DNA of 64,000 nucleotides from Heterodontus francisci (lineage: Eukaryota): contig NC_090385.1 in NCBI RefSeq assembly GCF_036365525.1, positions 63,653,618 through 63,717,617 of the forward strand, read 5' to 3'. Shown here piece after piece: positions 1 to 9,389 of the stretch (position 1 is the stretch's first letter; every line of letters begins with the position of its first letter). The position numbers and the translations under genes are program-made. Under the pieces are notes generated by a model. It was given only the letters and a program-made list of their open reading frames with translations. It had not been told where the DNA came from and ran no database searches.

Positions 1-2640
1 CTTCCTTAAGTGCTCTGGGATGCATACCATCTGGCCCTGGGGATTTATCGGCCTTCAATCCCATCAATTTCCCCAACACCATTTCTCTACTAATACTGAT
101 TTCTTTCAGTTCCTCTTTCTCACTGAGCCCTGCGTTCCTCAACATTTCTGGTATGATATATGTGTCATCCTTTGTGAAGACAGAACCAAAGCATTTAGTT
201 GGTCAGCCATTTCTTTATTCCCCATAATAAATTCCCCTGTTTCTGACTGTAAGGGACATACATTTGCTGCCTTCAATCTTTTTCTCTTCACATACCTTTA
301 AAAACTTTTACGGTCAGTTTTTATGTTCTCCGCAAGCTTGCTCTCGTACTCTATTTTCCCCTTCTTAATCAATCCCTTGGTCCTCCTTTGCTGAATTCTG
401 AACTGTTCCCAATCCTCAGGTCTGTTGTTTTTCCTGCAAATTTATATGCCTCTTCCTTGGATCTAATGCTACCTCTAATTTCCCTTGTAAGCCATGGTTT
501 GGCTACCTTTCCCGTTTTACTTTTGCGCCAGACAGGGATAAACAATTATTGCAGTTCATCCATGCGCTCTTTAAATGTTTGCCATTGCCTATCCACCGTT
601 ATCCCTTTAAGTAACGTTTCCCAATCCGTCATGGCCAACTCGCGCCTCATACCTTGGTATTTTCCTTTACTAAGATTCAGGACCCTTGTCTCAGAATCAA
701 CTACGTCACTCTCCATCTTAATGAAGAATTCTATCATATTATGGTCGCTCGTCCCCAAGGGGTCTCGCACCACTAGATTGTCAATTATTCCTCTCTCATT
801 GCACAATACCCAGTCTAGGATGGCCTGTTCTCTTGTTGGTTCCTCAACGTATTGGTCCAGAAAACCATACACTCCAAGAATTCCTCCTCTACAGTATTGT
901 GACTAATTTAATTTGCCCAATCTATATGCAGATTAAATTCATCCATAATTACAGATGTTCCTTTATCGCATGCATCTCTAATTTCCTGTTTAATACCATT
1001 CCCAACATTTCCACTACAGTTTGGGGATCTATATACAACCCCCACTAATGTTTTTTGCCCCTTAGTGTTTCTCGGCTCTACCCATACAGATTCCACATCG
1101 TCAGAGCTAATATCTTTCCTCACTGTTGAGTTAATTTCCTCTTTAACCAGCAATGCAATTCCACCGCCTTTTGATTTTTGTCTATCCTTCTTAAATACTG
1201 AATATCCCTGGATGTTCATTTCCTATCCCTGGTCACCTTGCACCCATGTCTCTTTAATCCTGATTATATCATACCCGTTTACATCTATTTGCGCGATTAA
1301 TTCATCCACCTTGTTGCGAATGCCCCGTGCATTAAGACACAAAGCTTTAAGGCCTGTCTTTTTAACATTACTTATCCTCTTCCCACTATTTTTTACTGTG
1401 GCCATGTGTGATTCTGGCCCTTGATTTCTCTGCCTATCACTTTTCTTATTCCCCTTACTGTCTTTTGTTCTTATCTTTGATCCCCCCTCCTCTGACTCCA
1501 TGCAAAGGTTCCCATCCCCCTGCTATTTTAGTTCAAACCCTCCCCGACCACTCCAGCAAATACTCCCCCTGGGACATCAGACCCAGTCCTGCCCAGATGT
1601 AACCTGCCCAGTTTGTGCTGGTCCCACCTCCCCCAGAACCAGTCCCAATGCCGCAGGAAATCTAGAACCCTTCCCCTCACACCATCTCTTCAGCCACATA
1701 TTCATCTGAAAAATCCTGCTATTTCTACTCTGTCTAGCACGTGGCACTGGTAGTAATCCTGAGATCACTACCTTTGAGGTCCTACTTTTCAATTTACTTC
1801 CTAGCTCCCTAGATTCTGCTTTCAGGACCTCATCCTTTTGTTTACCTATGTCGTTTGTACCAATGTGTACCACAACCACTGGCTGTTCACCATCCCGCTT
1901 AAGAATGTCCTGTAACCGCTCTGAGACATCCTTGACCCTAGCACCAGGGAGGCAACATACCATCCTGGAGTCTCTTTTGCCGCCACAGAAACGCCTATCT
2001 ATTCCCCTTACAATTGAATCCCCTATAACTATTGCATTCCCACACTTTTTACTCCTCCCCTGTGCAGCAGAGCCAACCGTGGTGCAACGAATTGGGCTGT
2101 TGCTGCTTTCCCCTGAGAGGCCATTCCCCCCCCCAACAGTATCCAAAGCAGTATACCTGTTTTGCAGGGGAATAGCCACAGGAGATTCCTGAACTGCCTG
2201 CCTAGTCCTCTTGCTCTGCCTGGTGGTCACCCATTCCCCTCCTGCCTGTGGGGTCTGAGCCTGCGGTGTGACCACCTCTCTATACATGCTATCCACGATA
2301 CTCTCCGCCTCGTGGGTGCTCCACAGTGTCCCCAGCTGCCGCTGCAGCTCCGAAAACTGGGCTTCCAGGAACTGCAACTGGATACATTTCCTGCACACAT
2401 GCTGATCCCGGGCACTGGAAATGTTCCTGGCTTCTGACATGGAGCACAAGGAGCACACCACAGCTTTGAGGTCTCCTGCCATGATTTAACCCTTTCAATT
2501 AAATTAAGCCTTCTGGAAGATCTTAATGTCCAATAATATCAGTTACTCTAGGGCCCTTCTTCCCTGGTCTTCGTTACTACAGAACTCCCTAAAAAAAAAC
2601 ACTACTTACTATATTTGAAAGAAACTTTAAACTTTTCTTA
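1..2640 (-). mobile_element. CR1-clade LINE, 5' part (ORF1 plus frameshifted ORF2 endonuclease), continues beyond window start
   Basis: ORF1 at 1577-2482; APE endonuclease fragments (LCLNARGIRNK, ETW, GGGIALLVK, VGVVYRSP, ILDWVLCN, SDHNMI) in ORFs 1223-1501, 908-1219, 546-872. Confidence 0.9.
1577..2482 (-). pseudogene. CR1 ORF1: zinc finger/leucine zipper plus SGNH-type esterase domain
   Basis: CSLC...CRKC followed by a Leu-rich helix; esterase blocks IVIGDSIVR, CLPGARVKDV, VVVHIGTND; C-terminal frameshift. Confidence 0.85.
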
Positions 2641-2689
2641 CCTGAGATACTTACCCAGCTATTTAGAGCTATTTGAAGAGCAGGGAAGT

Positions 2690-2890
2690 TTTCCAAGCAT
2701 CCTGCCAACATTTATTCCTCAACTGACATCATCCAAAAAAAAACATTATCTTGTCATTCACGACCTTACCGTGCGCAAATTGACTGTTGCGTTCCCTAAA
2801 TGACAACAATGATTTATAGTTCAAAGTAATTCATTGTTTGTGAAGTGCTTTGGGACAACCCGAGAATGTGAAAGATGCTATATAAATACA
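2690..2890 (+). mobile_element. DeuSINE (SacSINE1/AmnSINE1-like) 3' fragment
   Basis: gtgcgcaaattgactg...ttcaaagtaattcattg...tgctttgggac...gtgaaagatgctatataaat resembles the Deu domain plus L2-type tail as I recall it. Confidence 0.6.
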
Positions 2891-2894
2891 AAAA

Positions 2895-4103
2895 TAAAAG
2901 CAAAATAGTGCGGATGCTGGAAATCTGCAATAACAACAGAAAGTGCTGGAAATACTCAGCAGGTCTGGCAGCATCTGTGGAGAGAGAGAAACAGAGTTAA
3001 CGTTTCAGGTCTGTGACCTTTCGTCAGAACTGGCAACGTTAGAAATGTAATAGGCTTTGAGCAAGTGAAAGGGGGGAGGGGGAAAGAAGAACAAAAGGGA
3101 AGGTGTGTGATAGGGCAGAGGGTAGGAGATTAAATGACAAAGATTTCATGGAACAAAGGCAAAGGGAGGGCTAATAGTTGTAGTAAAAGACAAAGCATTA
3201 GTCCAGATAGAGTGTTAATGGTAGAATAATAAACAGCTCTGTCAGCATTCTGAAGAGACCATTCCCTCTGCAACACCTTGGTTCATTGTTCCATCGCCTT
3301 GTCCCCTTCTCATGGGACCATCCAATGCAATTGCAGGAGGTGTAATACCTGCCCTTTTACTTCTTCTCTCCTCACCATCTAAGGCCCCAAGCACTCCTCC
3401 CAGGTGAAGCAGCGATTTACTTGTACTTTCAATTTAGTATACTGTGTTCGCTGCTCACAATGCGTTCACCTCTATATTGGGGAGACCAAACGCAGATTGG
3501 GTGACTGCTTTGCGGAACACCTCCACTCAGTCCGTAAGCATGACTTAGAGCTTCCAGTTGCCTGCCATTTTAATTCACCACCCTGCTCTCGTGCCCACAT
3601 TTCTGTCCTTGGCCTGCTGCAGTGAACCTCAACACAAGTTTGAGGAACAGCATCTCGTCTTCCAATTAGGCACTGTACAGCCTTCTGGACTTAACATTGA
3701 GTTCAACAATTTCAGAGCATGACTACCTTTTGTAAAATTTTATTTTAGTTTTTTACCATGTGCCTATCTTAAACTTGCTTTTAATGTTTGTGCTTTTGGA
3801 CAGAACTTTTCATTATTTTGCCATTAGCACTCTGGACGAATGCTTTGTCTTTTACTATAACTATTAGCACTCCCTTTGCCTTTGTTCTATGACATCTTTG
3901 TCATTTAATCTCTCCTGCCCTCTGCCCTATCACACACCTTCCCTTTAGTTCTTCTTTCCCCCTACCTTCCACTTGCTCAAAACCTATTACATTTCTAATC
4001 TTTGCCAGTTCGGATGAAAGGTCACAGACCTGTAACGTTAACTCTGTTTCTCTCACCACAGATGCCGCTAGACCTGCTGAGTATTTCTGGCACTTTGTTT
4101 TCA
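2895..4103 (+). mobile_element. Penelope-like element remnant: GIY-YIG endonuclease 3' end flanked by inverted pseudo-LTRs
   Basis: ORF 3404-3625 reads NLVYCVRCSQCVHLYIGETKRRLGDCFAEHL (GIY-YIG); 2935-3240 is the reverse complement of ~3797-4100. Confidence 0.85.
2995..3031 (-). ncRNA. Minimal type I hammerhead ribozyme motif (PLE-type)
   Basis: Minus strand AGUU-CUGACGA-A-AGGUC-ACA-GACCU-GAAA-CGUU-AACU: intact core, 5-bp stem II, 4-bp stem I, palindromic loopless stem III (ACGU), GUU cleavage triplet. Confidence 0.75.
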
Positions 4104-5035
4104 TTGTATATAATTACAAGTTCTTTTTCCTACTCTGGACCAAGCAAATTCACAGAAATTGAGTGCCAATTTTGGACAGTGATGCTATGCTCGGTAGTCT
4201 TGCTGAGTCTAGCTAGGTTTCCTTTTTTTCCCTCCGTTTGTTTCCCTTCAGAAAGTTTTTAGACCTCTTGGCTGTTGACACCATTCCAGAATGTATAACT
4301 AGGTTGACTATATTTGCAGCAGCACTTTCACTAAGGAAGACATTTGCCATTTGTTTAGCAAATGGTAATTTTATTTTCTTTTGTGTGAAACTGTTGCTGC
4401 AGTATTGGTGCCACTGCGATGCCCAAAATATGGTGCTGAAATTTGGTTACCTGCCCCTATCCAAAAGGATGGGTAAAAGCTTGAGTAGCATTCTGTGGTA
4501 TTAATGGATTCCTGGTTACAATATGAACTGACGATGTTATTGAAGTTTTATACCACTGATTTGTGTGTAGGGAGATTTTGTGAGAGATGAGAGAATTGGG
4601 AAAAGTAATGGGAGAGATGGTGAGCAGTGTCACATGGAGAGAAGGGACACACTTTTTATCTGCAGTTAGAATGTAACTGTAAATTAGTGAATTGTTTAAG
4701 GTTATCATTTTTCTTTCTCTTGCCAATCACCAATCTCTCCTCTGCCCACCAGCTCATATGCTGCGGACATGGATTTCTCACGGGACTTCTCTCCAGTGCT
4801 TTGACCTTGATGGGTGGGAATGCATTACCGCTGAGCCCAATCCTGCACTTGCCCAAGATTCATGTACTTGCATTTTGCAGGAAATTCATTGGACAGTGGG
4901 CCGGAGCAGGAACTGTAGTGGGGTTTATTTTCAGCCCAGAGATGCTGAAGCCAATTGCAGTGCTGTCCCGACTAAGATCATCCAACTCAGCATGTCTTTG
5001 AGTTCATGCTATTCCTTTAACCAAAAGTAACACAA

Positions 5036-5172
5036 ATTATCTGACGAAAGGTCACTGACCTGAAAAGGTAACGCTGCTGCTCTCTCCACAGATGCTGCCA
5101 GACCTGCTGAGTATTTCCAGCATTTTTTGCTTTTATTTCAGATTTCCAGCATCTGCAGTATTTGCTTTTATT
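5036..5172 (+). mobile_element. Penelope-like pseudo-LTR fragment with degenerate hammerhead motif
   Basis: ctgacgaaaggtcactgacctgaaa...ctctccacagatgctgccagacctgctgagtatttccagca; same family as 2895-3035. Confidence 0.75.
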
Positions 5173-5474
5173 ATACAAATTATCTGCTCTTTGTTCCCTG
5201 TCACATCTGCTCCTGAATGACTGTATGGAGACTGCAGAGTATGACTGCGGGGAAACTTGCTGTTTAAAAATCTTCTCTCAGTTGTTCCCATAGGGAAATG
5301 TATGGCATATGCTTGATTACCTCCCTGATGGAATGGCCAGGGTCTTGAATTGATATATAAGGAATTGGAAGCACAATTCCATATTCAGCATGTACTGCTT
5401 GGTTGCTATTGGAAGCCTGCACATATTGATCTGCCCTTCTCGTCTGCTAACTAATCCCCATCTTTTTCTTCTAG

Positions 5475-5527
5475 GCCAGCATGGTCCATTCTCTGATTGC
5501 CTCTTATGGATTACTGAAATACATGAG
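5475..5527 (+). CDS. HDAC8: Histone deacetylase 8, coding exon 2 (53 bp)
   Basis: Polypyrimidine tract + AG (5473-74) and GT donor at 5528; translates ASMVHSLIASYGLLKYM(R), compared with human ASMVHSLIEAYALHKQMR; length and phase fit the next exon. Confidence 0.93.
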
Positions 5528-5589
5528 GTACAGCCATTTTGTTTACCAGAAATATCTTTGTAGGCATCAAGCTTCATGTTTATAATATT

Positions 5590-6065
5590 CCCAGCTGCAT
5601 CCACCCACCTTAGCTCCATATCCCTGAATACCCTTGGCATATAAAAATGTATCACCCTCGGATTTAAAATTCTTAATTGCGCTAGCATCGACTGCTTTTT
5701 GTGGGAGAGTGTTACAAATTTATATCACCCTTTTTGTGTCGAAGTTCTCACCTTAATGGCTTGGCTGTGATTTTAAGGTTGTGTGTCTTTATCCCTAGAT
5801 TCTCCCACCAGCGGAAAAGGTTTCTCTCGATCAATTCCTTTCCAAATCCTAAAAACCTCAATCAAATCACTCCTTGACTTTCTATATTCCATGGCATACA
5901 AGTTTATTTTATGTATTCTCATAATCTGACTCATGGAGCTCTGCTAAATTCTGGTGAATCTGCACTGCACTCCTTCCAAGGCCAGTACATCCTTTCTAAG
6001 GTGTCGTGTCCAGAGCTGTACACAGTGCTCCAGATATAATCTAACCAGGGCTTTGTATAGTGGAT
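5590..6065 (-). mobile_element. CR1 LINE 3' fragment (decayed)
   Basis: Reverse strand resembles the CR1 ORF2 C-terminus (YKALVRLYLEHCVQLW...LEGVQCRFTR-like). Confidence 0.65.
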
Positions 6066-6529
6066 ATTTGATGTAGTTAAAATTACTGCAATGGCAAAAT
6101 TTTGGTCCAGTGTACTGCCACCCATTATCCCCATTTGAACTCTAAATATCTGCTCCCAGGGTGGTCCTGTGTGCTGGTTTTAAAGTACAACAATGAGAAG
6201 AGGAAAGTAAGAAGTCGGGGTGTGGGTGGAAAGAAATATACTGATCCCCTTGCAGTTCATGAAAGTTGCTTGTTTCATTTTCGTGAAAGTGCTGTTACTC
6301 TGATTGAAGAGGAAACTTACAGAAGTCAAAGCTTACTTCTTGTTTCATTCAGATTATCAGATTAAATTGGGATCAGGCACTAACTTGTTGTCCAGCTTCC
6401 CAGTTTCTCCTCAGTTTTCCAGAAGGTGCTGACTGAGACTGTGATGTGTTTCATAGATGCTGGTTGAGCTCTGTTTTACAAACAATGATGGACAGAAAAA
6501 GATGCTCTGGTCCATCCAGCATGTCCCAC

Positions 6530-7364
6530 TGTCATGCAGGCCCCCACCTGCCAAGAATGAGGAACATTAATTTTGCCACATGGACATTAAATTTCAAATT
6601 GTTGCTGGGAAGAAGAGAAGGCCTGATACAAGGGGTTGCCAAGCCTGGCTGGAAAGTCATTTTTGCATATTAACAGACAGGCTTGTAGACAAAGGATCGT
6701 TCCCTGACCCACCCAATACACAAAGCCAGAAGTGGTTATACCAGTCGGTCACGTGACCATCCTGCTGGCCAATTTGGGGAGTTTTAAGTTGTAGAGACAG
6801 GGTTTGAACTGGCAGCAAGCTCTGTGCTCCTGCATTGAAAAGACCTCCTCCCTTCCTGTCTGCTTCCATCTCTTTCTCGCAGAACTGAAACCCACTGAAG
6901 ACACATGGACCCCAAGAGAAAAGTCTCCTACAGTGAACAAGGTTTAAGAAGAATACTGGGCCCCAACGAAAAGCAAGATCAACCTACAAAAGAACTCCAC
7001 AGTGAGCTCGAAGAACCGTAACAAAGTCTTCAGATATTGCCTCAAACCTTTCCACTTTATTTTTCTTCTCTTTTCTGTCTCTATTTGCATGTGTGTATCG
7101 CGTATGCATGCTAGCGTGGGTGCATCATGTATCCGTAGGCGTCAAGCAAATTAGAGTTTAAGTTTTAATAAATTTCACTTTTCTTCTTTAAACATAAGAA
7201 AGCCTGTTGTGCTCATTTCTTTGCCTTATAATTGGAAAACGGTGAACAAGGATGCACCTAGAGGGAGCTCAAAACACAGTGTGTTTAAAATCAAACCCTG
7301 TTACAGTAAGACCAGGTGAAGGCTGAGAGGGACCCCGAGACACCTTTCTCACCTGGTCATAACA
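6530..7364 (+). mobile_element. Solo LTR (835 bp), Gypsy-type
   Basis: Termini TGTCATG...CATAACA; flanked by direct repeat CCCAC (6525-29, 7365-69); AATAAA near 7167; 3' end resembles the 3' end of the LTRs at 12190 and 19287. Confidence 0.8.
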
Positions 7365-7635
7365 CCCACACATTTGTGATACTTTGTGTATCACAATAGA
7401 TGCACGTTCCACACAACCCATGTGAACTCTTGGGAGAGGAACATAAACTAAGAAAAACCCTGGCCAATTTAGGGGAAAAAATCTGGGGAAATTTCTATCC
7501 GACCCCAGCAAAGTGATCAAAACTAGTCCAGGTGGTCACTTTGGCTCTGATAATTCCTTGCAGTACCTACCTTTTGTAAGAGGAGATCCAGCCACAGCCA
7601 GAAACAGGTGAAAATCTCGCTTGAACAAAGTCAGT

Positions 7636-8393
7636 GGGCTGGCTTTTACCAGCCATCTAGGGTAGGTTGGGAGGTGGGTGGGGTGTCAGGGCTAAAAATG
7701 GCAAGGGAAGGTGGGGGGGGTGGAGTGTCGCCATGGAATTTTACCAGGGGCAGGGAAGGCCGAGGATGGGCTTCCTGCCCAAAGGCCAATTGAGACCCAT
7801 AAGTGGCCAATTAAGGGCCTCCCCACCATGGCTGGTATTTTATCAACAGTGAGCGGGGGGGCCCTCTGCACGTGGGGAGGCCACCCAGTAAAAGCTGGCA
7901 GGCTTGGGAGTGCGGCGGCTGTGGGGAGGGGGGGGTGGGGGGCGGAGGCGGAGGATGCGAGGTTCTCCTGATTGGGACCCTGTGGCCAACGGAAGGCCTC
8001 CTCGGCAGCAAGGCGCACCCTCTTGGAAAGAAACCCCCACCCTCATGACTGATCGCCTCTCTCCCCCACCCCCACAATAGTCAGGCAAGCCCCAGCAAGC
8101 CTCACAAACTTACCTTCATTCTGGGGCTTTCTCTATGCTGTCTGGTCTGGGCCTGCTGCAGTCCCAGCAGCGGCCATTACTCCTGGTGGTGTTGCTGAGA
8201 CTGAAGAACTGCCTGTCCTCTGAATGGCCAGCAGATCTTGGAGGGGGCTATTGTATTATAAAGGGACAGAAGCCCCAGCGCCAGGCAGTTAATTGCCTGA
8301 GTGCCCAGAAATGCGTTGTGGGGGGGACTCTGAACAGCCGAGGTGGGGTTGCCCTGGTGTCGGGACCCTTGCCACGGGCACAAAATTGAGCCC
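7636..8393. mobile_element. Non-autonomous PIF/Harbinger-type MITE
   Basis: Imperfect TIRs GGGCTGGCTTTT / AAAATTGAGCCC; 3-bp TSD AGT (7633-35, 8394-96); GC-rich non-coding interior. Confidence 0.7.
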
Positions 8394-8419
8394 AGTGAAT
8401 CAACGTTCATTGCAGAAGC

Positions 8420-8790
8420 TGGTAGCCTCTTCCAGATGTCCAGTATTCTATGGTAAAAGAACTACCTCCTGACATATAAACGAAATCTAGCCATTTACAA
8501 CTAAAATTGTGACTTCTATTCCTCCCTAATCTATTTAATTGAAATAAACTGTCAACTCAAATGCAATCTATTCCCTTCATCACCTTATAAACCAAGATCA
8601 TGTGATCCCTAAGTCTGTGTAACTCTGAAGTGTAAAGCCCCAGCTCTTCTAGTCTATCATGAAAACTAAGATGCTTCTAAACTGGGAATTAATCTAGTGG
8701 CTCTCCTTTGCACCCTTTCCAATATCAGCCACCATGTGAGGAGACCAAAACTGGACATGGTATTCCAACTGAGACCTGACCAAGGTCTTG
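8420..8790 (-). mobile_element. Old CR1 LINE 3' fragment
   Basis: Reverse strand resembles LYKTLVRSQLEYHVQFWSP...LERVQRRATR. Confidence 0.55.
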
Positions 8791-8904
8791 TACAAGGACA
8801 AAATAGTTTGCTTTGTCTCGTAAATGCTCCTCAATGGCCTATTCCCTCCTGTGCCTGTCTTCTCACCGCTGCCTTCCCTTAAGATCTTGCTACAGCCTCA
8901 CCAT

Positions 8905-9385
8905 TTCCCCCCTTCCCTCAGCGCTCGCTCCAGACCTCGCCACTGTTCCACCCCCCCTCCCTCTCCTTGGCCGATCGTTCCTCACTCCTCTCCTCCGCCC
9001 CCCCCCCTCCCCACCACCACACCGTTCTCCGGCCAATTGCTCCCCGCTTCTCTCCACCCCCAGAGGCTAGCTCCAGGCTGCGCCCCTTCCCTCCTCTTGG
9101 CCACTCGCTCCCACCTTCAGTCGTTCTCTGCGCACTGCACAAAGAGGCAAAACGGACTGCGAGGGGTGACAGGGCGACACAGGAGCGAGTGGCTGAGAGA
9201 AGGGAAGTGGCGCGGCCTAGAGCTAGCGGCTGCAGGGTGGCGGGGTGGGGGGAGCAGGGAGCGAGTGGCTGGAGAGCAGAGTGGCGGGGGGAGGGGGGAA
9301 TGGGAGGAAAATAGTGAGGAACATTCGGCCGTGGGGGGGGGGAAGCAGTGGCGAGGTTTGGAGCCATTGGCTGGGGGTGGGGCTC
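8905..9385. repeat. GC-rich imperfect palindrome (foldback, MITE-like)
   Basis: Several matching blocks between arms, e.g. cagacctcgccactg / cagtggcgaggtttg, ggccgatcgttcctcact / agtgaggaacattcggcc, ccactcgctcc / ggagcgagtgg; centre near 9145. Confidence 0.75.
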
Positions 9386-9389
9386 GGTG

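Noticed and set aside
1-5474. HDAC8 exon 1 and promoter
   Set aside because: No sequence resembling the HDAC8 N-terminus was found; presumably upstream of the window.
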